From a virus, in the IMG/VR virus record IMGVR_UViG_3300029661_000108: a stretch of DNA of 64,000 nucleotides; one strand, written 5' to 3'. Under the pieces are notes generated by a model, which was not told where the DNA came from, did no database searches, and saw nothing but the letters and a program-made list of their open reading frames with translations. Of this stretch, positions 20,757 through 30,852 are shown piece after piece. The position numbers and the translations under genes were made by a program. The first letter of the stretch is position 1. Each line of letters begins with the position of its first letter.

Positions 20757-21248
20757 TTATATCTTCCTATATTCTACCTTCAAATCTTTATCAAGCTTAT
20801 AGGAGATTATGGAAGGAGTGTCTTTTTTATATGCATGGACATTCATAATATACCCTTCATCTATCTGATGAAATTCTATTGCAATTGGAATAATAGATGT
20901 TGTCTTTAACATATCGGATACTCTCCTATGTTCTATTTTAACACTTTCACAAATCCATAAAATGTTTGAAATATTTGTAAGTTGAGAATAGATAAGAACT
21001 TGTCCAAGGTGCTTAGAGTCACTGTTTTCATACTGATTCTCTACAATCAGCCCTCCTTCTCCCTCTTTCTCTTTGTATATCATATCTATTCTATACTCAC
21101 CTATTGTGGCTTCTGTTTTAAAAAGAGAAATGGGATTATCAAAGATGTTGAGGGTTTTAGCTATATCTGGAATAAGATTATTTTTAGCCAGCCATGGTGT
21201 AAAATCTGTAGTCTCATTTGGGAAGATATCTCGTAAATCAATTTTCAC
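20757..21248 (-). CDS. hypothetical protein, possibly a PD-(D/E)xK-like nuclease (163 aa)
   Basis: Weak pattern D...E-N-Q...K (IVENQYENSDSKHLGQ); speculative. Confidence 0.3.
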   Translation of the reverse strand: MKIDLRDIFPNETTDFTPWLAKNNLIPDIAKTLNIFDNPISLFKTEATIGEYRIDMIYKEKEGEGGLIVENQYENSDSKHLGQVLIYSQLTNISNILWICESVKIEHRRVSDMLKTTSIIPIAIEFHQIDEGYIMNVHAYKKDTPSIISYKLDKDLKVEYRKI

Positions 21249-21280
21249 TCCTTTCTCACTCCTGGACGTTTGCCCAAATT

Positions 21281-21847
21281 TTACTTCATCGAAAAATCTA
21301 ATATCTTTATCTGATTATCTCTTTCTTTTGTCTTTATATATAAATCAAAATGATAAAACATTTCATATAATGAATCTTCCTCATAACAAAATAGGAATTT
21401 CTTCTCCTGCAAATCAAGTATGGAATATACCCCTGTACTATTCCCTAAGAAACATTTTAATTCTATTTTTCCCATAGTTCCAAATAAAGGATTATAGTTA
21501 GCCAAATAACTTAGATAGGGAGTGAAAACAGCAAATTCACAAAAGCCATACTCATCTATCAGAATATCTAAACAAAAAGATTCACCTTGATTCTTGTTTC
21601 TTAAAAGAGAAAAGTTATCACTATAATATAAAGAAGCCTTTGCCTTTTCTTTCTCCATTGGTAAAACATTCATTTTCTTTAGGCTTTTCAAAATCTTTTT
21701 AAAATCATCACCCACTACAAATAGATGCCGAATACTTCCATAATTCAATTGATGGTTTCTTATAAGAATTTCTTCTTCAATACTTTTCAGGTATGTTTCT
21801 AGTTTCAAATCAAATAACCTCCATAAAAAAAGTGTCAGGCTTAGCAC
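21281..21847 (-). CDS. hypothetical protein (188 aa) in the operon with the nucleotidyltransferase and Y-family polymerase
   Basis: ORF only; operon position. Confidence 0.35.
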   Translation of the reverse strand: MLSLTLFLWRLFDLKLETYLKSIEEEILIRNHQLNYGSIRHLFVVGDDFKKILKSLKKMNVLPMEKEKAKASLYYSDNFSLLRNKNQGESFCLDILIDEYGFCEFAVFTPYLSYLANYNPLFGTMGKIELKCFLGNSTGVYSILDLQEKKFLFCYEEDSLYEMFYHFDLYIKTKERDNQIKILDFSMK

Positions 21848-21867
21848 GACACTTAAAAGTATAATAT

Positions 21868-22770
21868 CTATCTAGAATCTGCTTTGGCTCCTTTCTTTTC
21901 TTGATTTGTTTTTTGAATGCTCTTGATAACATCTATTTTTACACAATCTGAAACATAATCCTCAATAAGAGAATTAAGTTTATCCAACGTTATATCATTA
22001 ACTGTGAGAGAATTATTCTCCAGTAACTTGTTTATTTCACATTCGGCTTTTTTCACATATGTATCAGCCAAATAAATTGCTTCTGAATACTCTATTGGTG
22101 CTGTTTTATATTTCTTAATCTTATTTTTCTCTTTTATTGATAGAAAATCAAGATTCATAAGTGATTCAAAGTTTACTTTTCCATCTAATCTAGCAACTTC
22201 TGAGACCATTTCAGATAAACGTGCAAGATGATGCAACTGCTTTGGGTTATATTTATAAATATCAAAAATTTCTTGTCCAGAATCTGTTCTCTTTTCAAGC
22301 CCCTTTCTTTTTTCATAAATAAATCCCTGCATTGACTTAACAAATCTTTTTACATCCCGATTTGAGATATCGTCTCTCATTTCCTTCAAAGATTTTAAAA
22401 ATAATAAAGTTCTAACACGTTGGTATTCCTTATTTACATAGAAATATGGGGTATATAATAACTCCAGATATGTTGGATTCATCTTATAAAGAAGATTTCC
22501 TAATAATCTAATATCTTTCACTTCAATATGACTCTTATCATTCATGACAAGTTCTTTAGAAATCATATTTGGTCTTTCAAGTAAGTCTTTAAGCGTTGGG
22601 ATAATAAAGCACTTAACATCAAAATCACTGCTATAGTCGTCAGTATATTCGTCAAAACCATAATTCTGGGAACCTTGTAAACACATAAATGCAACATGAT
22701 AATCAGTATTTTCTTTAAGCCAGTTCATTTTCTTTTTCATTTCATTTAATACCATTTGTTTTTTTGCCAT
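21868..22770 (-). CDS. predicted nucleotidyltransferase (Pol-beta-like NTase)
   Basis: GSQNYGFDEYTDDYSSDFDV, matching the G[SG]-x(9-13)-DxD minimal NTase motif. Confidence 0.5.
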   Translation of the reverse strand: MAKKQMVLNEMKKKMNWLKENTDYHVAFMCLQGSQNYGFDEYTDDYSSDFDVKCFIIPTLKDLLERPNMISKELVMNDKSHIEVKDIRLLGNLLYKMNPTYLELLYTPYFYVNKEYQRVRTLLFLKSLKEMRDDISNRDVKRFVKSMQGFIYEKRKGLEKRTDSGQEIFDIYKYNPKQLHHLARLSEMVSEVARLDGKVNFESLMNLDFLSIKEKNKIKKYKTAPIEYSEAIYLADTYVKKAECEINKLLENNSLTVNDITLDKLNSLIEDYVSDCVKIDVIKSIQKTNQEKKGAKADSR

Positions 22771-22876
22771 ATTTCTATCAATCCCCCTATCTCAAGTATT
22801 TCTTTACAACCACAATTATAACATATTATTAGATTTTAGTCAATAATATGGATTTTATTTACTTAGATAAATTATT

Positions 22877-24127
22877 TCATCTTAAAAAACCTGGTGGATG
22901 AATATCCATTCCTAACTGTGTTGAAAAATCAGAAAGTTCCTCATCTAGTAGACTATGACCATATTTTATGCTTTTTTCTCCCCACCTCTCTTTAATTTCC
23001 TGAATAATCTCCTCTAAATGCAACTGTTCATAACGGTCCTCTTCATTAGCAGTATTAAATAGACTCATCTGATACGCATAAGTTTCCTTCTCAACAAGGC
23101 TGCTGACAGATATTGAAAGACTTCTTAAAGGAATAGCCATATTCCAATTATCCCTAAGAAGAATCATTACCATATCCAAGATTTCCTGTGCTATGTTTGT
23201 AGGAGTATCTACTCGCTTTTGCCTGCTTAATCCCTGTAAATCCTTATACCTCATACCAATAGATATAACAGACCCTAGCTTATTTGATTGTCGCAATCGT
23301 TTAGCAACACTTTCTGCAAGCATTGACAGGACTATCTTTGCTTCCTCAATAGTATGTATATCATGTTTTGCTGTTATGCCATTCCCTACACTCTTTATCA
23401 CTTGCTGACTTGAATTGACTGAGAGAGTGTCATAGCCATTTGCAAACAGCCATACCATTTCACCATTCTTCCCCAGAAAACTCTTGATATATTCTTTAGA
23501 TGATAATGCTAAATCTCCTAATGTATAGATATTTCTTTCATTCAATTGTGATGATGTTGCTTTTCCTATATAAAGAATATCTGCAACGGGTAATGGAAAA
23601 ACCATATCTTTAAAATTATCTCGTGTTATCACTGCAAGCCCTTGTTTCTTATCTAAGTCACTTCCTAATTTTGCAAAAACCTTATTAAAACTTAACCCCA
23701 TCGATACTGTCAACCCAAGTTCTTTAAACACTCTTCTTTGAATCTCCTCGGCTAATTCCATAGCAGTCTTATGAAAAAGTTTTTCGGTTCCTGTAATATC
23801 AATCCAGGCTTCATCCAAGCCAAAACTTTCAACCTTATCACTATATTCTCGATAAATTCTTTTGACTTCCTCTGTATAGAATAAATAGTCATCATAATGC
23901 GGAGGAACAATTAACAGTTCTGGGCATTTCTGAAAAGCGTCTCTCAGTGATTCACCAGTTTTAATATGATACTTTTTAGCCAAATCATTTTTTGCAAGAA
24001 TAATTCCATGCCTGTCCTCTTCATGACCTCCAATAGCCATTGGAACATTTCTTAATTCTGGATACATCATTTCTTCAATCTGAGCATAGCAATGATTAAT
24101 ATCACTATGGATTATCCATCTTTCCAT
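22877..24127 (-). CDS. Y-family translesion DNA polymerase (UmuC/DinB-like)
   Basis: N-terminal IIHSDINHCYAQIE (cf. UmuC LCDVNSFYASCE) and the catalytic GLDEAWIDITG motif. Confidence 0.85.
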   Translation of the reverse strand: MERWIIHSDINHCYAQIEEMMYPELRNVPMAIGGHEEDRHGIILAKNDLAKKYHIKTGESLRDAFQKCPELLIVPPHYDDYLFYTEEVKRIYREYSDKVESFGLDEAWIDITGTEKLFHKTAMELAEEIQRRVFKELGLTVSMGLSFNKVFAKLGSDLDKKQGLAVITRDNFKDMVFPLPVADILYIGKATSSQLNERNIYTLGDLALSSKEYIKSFLGKNGEMVWLFANGYDTLSVNSSQQVIKSVGNGITAKHDIHTIEEAKIVLSMLAESVAKRLRQSNKLGSVISIGMRYKDLQGLSRQKRVDTPTNIAQEILDMVMILLRDNWNMAIPLRSLSISVSSLVEKETYAYQMSLFNTANEEDRYEQLHLEEIIQEIKERWGEKSIKYGHSLLDEELSDFSTQLGMDIHPPGFLR

Positions 24128-24240
24128 ATGTCACCCTCCTTACAATTCCATTATATATTCTTTACAGATAATGTGATTTATTATCTGTAATAATAAAACC
24201 ATTTTTTCGGTGTTAAAACAAAAAAGAGCAGCAATGCTAC

Positions 24241-24786
24241 TCACTCGTATCTATGTTTTTTCTTAGTACAATCTTTCCAGCTTCTGCTATATTGTCTTGA
24301 TATGTCGTCCCATGATGTTGGCAGGTTTTTTATTCTACCGTTTTTTAAAGATAATTTTGTATTTGGATAATTCTCCTTATATTCTCTTCTCTCCTCTTTT
24401 GAAACTATGTTCTTTAAACTATGTGTAGTGTGAGGTTTTCTATAGTGTTTATAATGATTATGTCCAATCTGAGGACAACTTTTGTATTTGCGTTTGTAAA
24501 ATTCAAGTCTTTCATTGCGGTAATTATCATAGAGTTTTTGAAGATTAATATAAGTTTTTGTATTATATTCAGCAAAAAGGAAAACTGTTCCCTTTGTACA
24601 CATGAAATAATCATCTTGAATTATAAAAAAATTATTTTTCCAAACATCTTCCCAATTTTGAAAATTTAATGTATCTGAAAATTCCCATTTACTGTCTATG
24701 ATTAATTTTCCATCTTCTGAAAATTTGTAAGTGGCAGAATAAATATCGTAAGTTTTAGCTTTATAATTTGAATGTATAGCTTTCAT
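24241..24786 (-). CDS. hypothetical protein (181 aa) with a very basic C-terminus
   Basis: ORF only. Confidence 0.35.
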   Translation of the reverse strand: MKAIHSNYKAKTYDIYSATYKFSEDGKLIIDSKWEFSDTLNFQNWEDVWKNNFFIIQDDYFMCTKGTVFLFAEYNTKTYINLQKLYDNYRNERLEFYKRKYKSCPQIGHNHYKHYRKPHTTHSLKNIVSKEERREYKENYPNTKLSLKNGRIKNLPTSWDDISRQYSRSWKDCTKKKHRYE

Positions 24787-25016
24787 ATCTTCCTCCTAAA
24801 AAAGACTATCTTTCCTTGAAAAATAGCCACTTCGTTATATATTACTATAAATAGTATATCATGATTAAAAACATATTTAATTTTATCAATATTTAATTTT
24901 ATCAACAGGTTTATTCTTATTTTTATAATTCAAGTTATACTTGAATCTATTTTATATTTATGACAAAATAAAACTACGCAGAAAAGTCATTACTCTGCGT
25001 AGAGGTGAATTAGCCT

Positions 25017-25205
25017 TTGGCTTGCAGGAGAATTATACCTGCCTTGAAAAAAAGCTTGCCAAGCATTCTATTTATCATTTTTGTAGATGTCATAGAATGT
25101 CTAACAACAAAAAACATGTCACTTATTGACACAATCGTCCTAACCTGTATTGTGGATGTGACAATTAAAGTTGTCTCAGAATTTTGGAGACATGAGCCAA
25201 AATAG
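25017..25205 (+). CDS. small hydrophobic peptide (62 aa, TTG start), copy B of the duplicated cassette
   Basis: Same SD, start and frame as copy A. Carries a 72-nt in-frame insertion that looks like a partial duplication (FVDV...IVDVTIK). Same C-terminus VVSEFWRHEPK. Confidence 0.45.
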   Translation: MACRRIIPALKKSLPSILFIIFVDVIECLTTKNMSLIDTIVLTCIVDVTIKVVSEFWRHEPK

Positions 25206-25207
25206 GC

Positions 25208-25232
25208 ATGGGAGCGAAAGCTCCCTTTTATT
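25208..25232 (+). terminator. intrinsic terminator of cassette B
   Basis: GGGAGC-gaaa-GCTCCC followed by TTTTATT. Confidence 0.6.
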
Positions 25233-25342
25233 ATATCACATTTAGAAATTTGTAATGTTTTTTTAACCTCTAAGAAATGCATATTGTATTTTTAGTGCTC
25301 ATGGAAAATTATATATATCTTCTTTTTACATTTATCAGCAAA

Positions 25343-25909
25343 TTATTTATTCTGAATGAATTGATTATCCAGGTACTTTCTTACATTTGTTGCAGACTGC
25401 TCTTGAATCTCAATAATTTGGGCACCATTTATATAGGCTATTTCTTTTAGTTCCCTACTGATTCCCGTATAATCTGATGCTCCTACTACCAATAATGTAT
25501 CTCCTTTACCTAGTTGTGAAACCATTTGTATCGCCTTGTTGTAGTTTGGTGCAATATCCCCATAAAGAATAGGTTTATCTACAAGTAATGATGCATTATC
25601 TAATTCTTCTTCATCTGGAAGTGTTCCATGTAATTCTAGGGCATCACTTCTAGCATCCTTATGTAAGCCATCAATATTCATTGTTATAATAGGAATTTTA
25701 TACTCAGCCAGAGCTATATGAGCATCATTGGGCTTTGCTTCATTCACATTCGCCTTTAATTGTTGGATAACTTCATTATATTCATCAGGAAAACTATTGG
25801 CATATTCTCTTGTCAGTTTATTTCTCAACTCTTTCTGGTTTTCAAAGGTTGGTATACCAGATTCTTGAGAAATACCTGCGCCAGTAAATGCTATTATCAC
25901 CTTTATCAC
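25343..25909 (-). CDS. SIR2-like protein lacking the Zn-ribbon module (188 aa)
   Basis: Sirtuin motifs GAGISQESGIPTF, NIDGLH and catalytic LELHGT. No CxxC...CxxC zinc module, so it is a minimal sirtuin core. Confidence 0.65.
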   Translation of the reverse strand: MIKVIIAFTGAGISQESGIPTFENQKELRNKLTREYANSFPDEYNEVIQQLKANVNEAKPNDAHIALAEYKIPIITMNIDGLHKDARSDALELHGTLPDEEELDNASLLVDKPILYGDIAPNYNKAIQMVSQLGKGDTLLVVGASDYTGISRELKEIAYINGAQIIEIQEQSATNVRKYLDNQFIQNK

Positions 25910-25979
25910 CCCAGTATATTTATGACTTTCTATACCATTAATTATATCATATTCATCTTTTCTTTATGCTATAATTTAT

Positions 25980-26699
25980 GTGAAAGGATGTTTGACTATG
26001 GAAAGCGATGAACTAGATATTTTAATGGAAGAATGGCAGGAATATGAAAGAAACCGCCTTGGGAATGAGTTCAAATATTTTATTAATGATGGATTTATTG
26101 ATAAGAAGGCTTGGATGAATCAAACAGGAGTCAAGATTTGCTATTTTCTAAAAGAAGCCTATCATGATGAAAATAATGATACTCCGGAACATGTTCTTAA
26201 TTGGATTAGAGATTGTATTAAAGATAAAGGTCCAAAGGGTATGTGGAAAAAAGTATCTACATGGACTCAAGCCATTAAATCAGCTGAACTTTTAGAGATA
26301 CCTGTGTATAATTACAAAGAGATTGACACAAATTGTAAAAAGAGAACTCGTGAAATCGCCTTTGTGAATATTAAGAAAAGCAATGGTTTATCTCATTCGG
26401 ATTCAGAGGAACTGATGAAATTGGTAGAAGATAAGCAAACTGCTGAATATCTCAAAAAGGAATTAGAAATTATTAATCCTGATGTTATTGTCTGTGGAAA
26501 CACATTCAAATATCTTCAAAAAATCCTTGGTAATGAACTAACTGGGGAAAAGCCTAATGAAAAATACTTTGCATTTTGGAAAGATAGAATCATTATTAAT
26601 TATTATCACCCAGCATCACGAACTTCACAAATTGTTAATTTCTATGCCTTAAGTGCAATTTATAAGGCAGCCATAAACGAAAGCAATCACAGCTTATAA
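25980..26699 (+). CDS. hypothetical protein (239 aa), divergent from the SIR2-like gene
   Basis: ORF only. YHPASRTS near the C-terminus weakly resembles UDG-superfamily motif B; speculative. Confidence 0.4.
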   Translation: MKGCLTMESDELDILMEEWQEYERNRLGNEFKYFINDGFIDKKAWMNQTGVKICYFLKEAYHDENNDTPEHVLNWIRDCIKDKGPKGMWKKVSTWTQAIKSAELLEIPVYNYKEIDTNCKKRTREIAFVNIKKSNGLSHSDSEELMKLVEDKQTAEYLKKELEIINPDVIVCGNTFKYLQKILGNELTGEKPNEKYFAFWKDRIIINYYHPASRTSQIVNFYALSAIYKAAINESNHSL

Positions 26700-26820
26700 A
26701 TATTGCTTAATGCAAATTATAAAAAGAAATATAGGGAGTCAGTATGAAACGAGCCTCAAAATTTGGATAACCAAATAATTGAGTTCACTTCTAAATAGGC
26801 TCCCTTTTATTATTCTATAA

Positions 26821-28797
26821 TTATGCTTCCATAAAGAAGTTATTATCCAGTAATGATACCTCTTTAGCCTCTTTAGCCTTTTCTAAAGTTAGAATGACTT
26901 CTGCCTCTTCTTTATTATTGACCAAAATGCACCCTTGTCCTGTAAGCAGAGCTTCTAAATAAGTCTGAAGAGTAAATTGAGATACTTTTTTCTTCCCAGT
27001 TCCTTCATCTTGTGACCCATTAAAGATAAGAATCCTTCTCTTAACATCTATATAGCCATAATTCATAGCACGTCCAACTCCCTTTAAATGATGAGAAAAG
27101 AAACAATTCTTTTTATTATACAGTTTAACATCTTCTCCCAACTGGTTAACAGCTAGCATACCAACAAAACACTCATCAATATCTTTGAAATTATCATATC
27201 CACTAAAGATATTAATAGAAGCATTTACAAAATCAAGTGACTGATTTTCTAAATCAACATCAATATACTCTGCAGCATTGCTATGCGTAATGTCTCCTGA
27301 CATAACAATTCCTTCTTTTTTATAGTGACTGTTCCACCCAATATGAATATCTTCCCCTTCAAGATTTCGTGCAAATGCATGTAAATCTATATCAACTCGT
27401 CTTTTATCATTCCAGTAGACAAAGAATCTCAATCTCTTCACAGCATCTGGAATCTTCAATGCTAATCCACTTCGAATATAGCCTCCCTCCTGAGATTTTG
27501 AGTTCGTTTCTATCAGGGAGTTTTCAAGACTAATATTATTCATTTCAAGATATACAGAACGTCCAGTCAAAGCTGTTTTCAATGTTGTGGCTTTAGCTTC
27601 AAAGACTGCAAGGCAGATATGATAAACATCACGTGCTTCCTCCTCTTTTTCACCTTCAAACTCCTGACCAAAATGAGTGAGAATGCTTACCAATGTCTGC
27701 ATACTTAAGCTTTCAACATGCTGAATCAATTCCATCTGAATCTTTTCAGGAGAATATCCTAATCTCACTAACCATGAAACCATTCTCAGTAGAGTTCCTG
27801 GATGCTGTCCAATAAAAGATACAGCATTTTCATCTTTTATAGAAAGCAAGTCATGAACTTTAGAATACCAGGAATGAAGCTCCTTTTGTCTTAAAGACTT
27901 AACAGCCTGATTATGTTTTCGACTTCTTGAATACTCCTGATAATCAAGAGCCTGTAGTGCAAATAAAGTCTCTTCTCTTTTCTTATTCGAAATCATAATA
28001 TTGACTTTGAAATCTGAAATAGGGAAACTTTCTAAAACCCTTACAAACATCTTTTTATTTGACTTTGTAAAATGATAATGGTTTCTTTTGTATACATATG
28101 ATATGACTCTTAGAACATCCCCTGTATGCTGACAAATAGATGACATTGCCTTTATAAACTGTTCTTTTTTCATTGTCTCGAAAAATACCCAAGATAATTC
28201 CAATAAATTCTCCTTAAACTGAATAGAAGTATCTTTTAGGATATGTTCTGGGATATGAATACATGCCATTGAAATAATTTCTTTTTCAGGGATTGTCATT
28301 CTCTCTCTCTTAGAAAGAATACGGATAAAAGGAGTTTGATATTGGTTTGTTTGGGGAATTAATTCTAATACCTTAGCCTCCAATAATTTATCATCTTCTC
28401 TTGTTTTGATGCTTTCTTTAACATTAGGAAGCCAACCTTTAGCAACTTCTACAGGAAACAATGATTCAACTCCATAAGTGGAGAAATAATGAACAAGCTG
28501 ATGCATACGATATGTTGCTTCATCTATTTCCATAACCTGAGTTGGAAAATCAGGATACATAGGCTTTGCTGGTATTTCGTCCATTAGGAAAAGTAAAGAG
28601 TGATAAAAGGTATCTAGAGATAACGACTGAGCTAATAAAATAATATCTTTAGCATTTAATGTATAACCTAAAGAGAGCAGATTTTCATTTAATGTCACTG
28701 CTTTTGCCAAACGTTCATGAGTTAAAGAAAACTCCTCTGTGTTGTCATATAAAGCAATTCTTAATTCAGATAATAATAATTTTTCATATTTTTGCAT
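26821..28797 (-). CDS. large protein with a C-terminal TerD-like domain (658 aa)
   Basis: The C-terminal ~170 aa (VDIDLHAF...SGDITHS...IDVDL...RRILIF) matches the TerD beta-sandwich pattern; the N-terminal 450 aa are unrecognised. Confidence 0.5.
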   Translation of the reverse strand: MQKYEKLLLSELRIALYDNTEEFSLTHERLAKAVTLNENLLSLGYTLNAKDIILLAQSLSLDTFYHSLLFLMDEIPAKPMYPDFPTQVMEIDEATYRMHQLVHYFSTYGVESLFPVEVAKGWLPNVKESIKTREDDKLLEAKVLELIPQTNQYQTPFIRILSKRERMTIPEKEIISMACIHIPEHILKDTSIQFKENLLELSWVFFETMKKEQFIKAMSSICQHTGDVLRVISYVYKRNHYHFTKSNKKMFVRVLESFPISDFKVNIMISNKKREETLFALQALDYQEYSRSRKHNQAVKSLRQKELHSWYSKVHDLLSIKDENAVSFIGQHPGTLLRMVSWLVRLGYSPEKIQMELIQHVESLSMQTLVSILTHFGQEFEGEKEEEARDVYHICLAVFEAKATTLKTALTGRSVYLEMNNISLENSLIETNSKSQEGGYIRSGLALKIPDAVKRLRFFVYWNDKRRVDIDLHAFARNLEGEDIHIGWNSHYKKEGIVMSGDITHSNAAEYIDVDLENQSLDFVNASINIFSGYDNFKDIDECFVGMLAVNQLGEDVKLYNKKNCFFSHHLKGVGRAMNYGYIDVKRRILIFNGSQDEGTGKKKVSQFTLQTYLEALLTGQGCILVNNKEEAEVILTLEKAKEAKEVSLLDNNFFMEA

Positions 28798-29181
28798 ATC
28801 TGCACCTCCATTAATTTAAAAAAAGAGGAGTCAAAGACTCCATGTGAGCAATCTTGTAGCAGTTCTTCTTTTCCCTTCATATTTGATTTTGAATCAAAAG
28901 GATGCTACAACATAATAGAAAAGAAGTTCGCCCACAGCTGAACAATCCGATAGCAATAAAGTTCTTTTTCTGCAAAATGTCTTCTTTACAAAATAAAAGG
29001 AAGCTATCATATATATTTATTGAAATAACAATAAATTTGAAAAAAGAACCACGTCCAGCAATTAATATCTTTTCATTGCATAATTATTATAACATATAAT
29101 TTGTTTTTAGTCAATTTTATTTAAGATTATATGTCTTATTCTTAATTTCTTAAATGGTTATAAGTCGGTGTATTTCATTAC

Positions 29182-30441
29182 TTATTTTTTAACCCTTTCA
29201 TTTTCTTTCACATCTATTTTACATTTTTCAGTCTTAATTGGTACTTTGTTATAATCAGTTAGGTAAGCAAATTCGCCTTTCTCTACAAAATATGTTTTGA
29301 TTTCGCTCTCTTCGTCATCACTCTTTATCATTTTTGTGTCAATTATTTTCATAATGATTTTTTCATTGTTTTTATTTTCTAATAGCAAATATTTGTTTTC
29401 TTGATTTTCTTCAATAATATGATGTATTTCTTCATCAAGAAGGATATCTATTCCTTTATTATAGAAATTATCTAGCAAAGATGACATACTGTAGATAAAA
29501 TAACATGTCATTGCAAAAATAATAAGTATAGAAGATACAAGATAAAGAAATGTTTTTATTTGCATTTTATTATCTACATCTTCCTTTTTTTCTTCTTCAT
29601 CTTGATTATCTTGATTAACTTCTTTTTTTTGAGTGACTTTTTTACCTTTATTTAAGTAACCTAGCCTATCTAATCCATCAACAAAGTAAGGTATATAAAT
29701 AATATATGAAATTATAAAACTAATACTTAACCATCCTTGAGCTTCAATTTGTTTTAAACTATATATAAACCACACAGTCATACCAATAATAATGGCTATT
29801 GTACAACAACTTCTTATTACAATATTTTTTTGTGCTATAAAAACAATATAACCAAAATAACATAATATCATAATAAGAAATATAACAATTGGTTTTATTA
29901 TGAATTGAATTATTTCAATAATTCCTGTATTCCCATAAAATATCAAAATACAAATAATAAGAAGTAATGTTATTTCCATGAATACACAAGGAAAAAATAT
30001 TGCCTTATGTGTTAATTTGTTTTTAAATTTATACATAATAATTGCTTCTATAAAAATTATAAAACAAACCGACAGGCCAACAATCAAATTACTCCAGTAC
30101 GAAGAAACTTCAACATTTAAAGGAATATTATTTAGTCCCAAATATTCACAGTATCCCTCTGTCATAATTTGATTAAAATACCCCATTAACCATGGAAAGA
30201 TACCAACAGTAATTGCAAATATAGCCCCAAAACTCGTTGCATTCTTTAAAAAGAAAAACAAAAAAGGATATTTCTTCTGTAACTTATCCTCAGCGGGGGT
30301 GTTTGTCTCACCCTTTTCTGGATTTTCAGGCAATTTTACTTTTTTGTCTTCTTCCATTTCTTGAGAAGTGGGTTCACCTTTTTGTTTCAGATTTATCTGT
30401 TCATTTTTTAATTGTTTCTTTGGATTCTTTCTTTTGCTCAT
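29182..30441 (-). CDS. polytopic membrane protein with a Lys/Glu-rich N-terminus (419 aa)
   Basis: Multiple hydrophobic helices. Confidence 0.45.
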   Translation of the reverse strand: MSKRKNPKKQLKNEQINLKQKGEPTSQEMEEDKKVKLPENPEKGETNTPAEDKLQKKYPFLFFFLKNATSFGAIFAITVGIFPWLMGYFNQIMTEGYCEYLGLNNIPLNVEVSSYWSNLIVGLSVCFIIFIEAIIMYKFKNKLTHKAIFFPCVFMEITLLLIICILIFYGNTGIIEIIQFIIKPIVIFLIMILCYFGYIVFIAQKNIVIRSCCTIAIIIGMTVWFIYSLKQIEAQGWLSISFIISYIIYIPYFVDGLDRLGYLNKGKKVTQKKEVNQDNQDEEEKKEDVDNKMQIKTFLYLVSSILIIFAMTCYFIYSMSSLLDNFYNKGIDILLDEEIHHIIEENQENKYLLLENKNNEKIIMKIIDTKMIKSDDEESEIKTYFVEKGEFAYLTDYNKVPIKTEKCKIDVKENERVKK

Positions 30442-30570
30442 TGTATCATTCCTTTCTATAACTTCTCACAAATCTCTGTCATCATTATACAAAATTCAAC
30501 AATTGAAAATCAAACAAACAAAGCAAAATAACAAGAAACTCAACCTTTTAGCAGCAAAAAAAGAGGATTC

Positions 30571-30852
30571 TCATAAAATCCTCCTAAAAAACACAAAACT
30601 TCCTACAATTACGCTGATATAGTATATATAATATGGCATACTCAATATATATATCACTTCTTTATTCACACCACAATCTATCCACCCGCTTTTATAATCT
30701 TTCCATATATAGGCTATAAAACATCCATGAACAATCCCCATTGGGCCTATAAAAATAAGAAATATATTGTATCTCATCAAAAATAAAATAAGTAATAATA
30801 AGCCAAATACAAACCAAAATTGCAGCCATTTCCTAACATATTTATTTTTCAT
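30571..30852 (-). CDS. small membrane protein (93 aa)
   Basis: Two or three TM helices. Confidence 0.3.
   Translation of the reverse strand: MKNKYVRKWLQFWFVFGLLLLILFLMRYNIFLIFIGPMGIVHGCFIAYIWKDYKSGWIDCGVNKEVIYILSMPYYIYYISVIVGSFVFFRRIL

Noticed and set aside
12517-25232. Interpreting the two ~200-bp homologous elements purely as attL/attR direct repeats of an integrated island
   Set aside because: No integrase or recombinase lies in or next to the block. The copies differ by structured indels and show codon-position-biased substitutions, which fits better with two paralogous functional cassettes. The attL/attR idea is not fully excluded.
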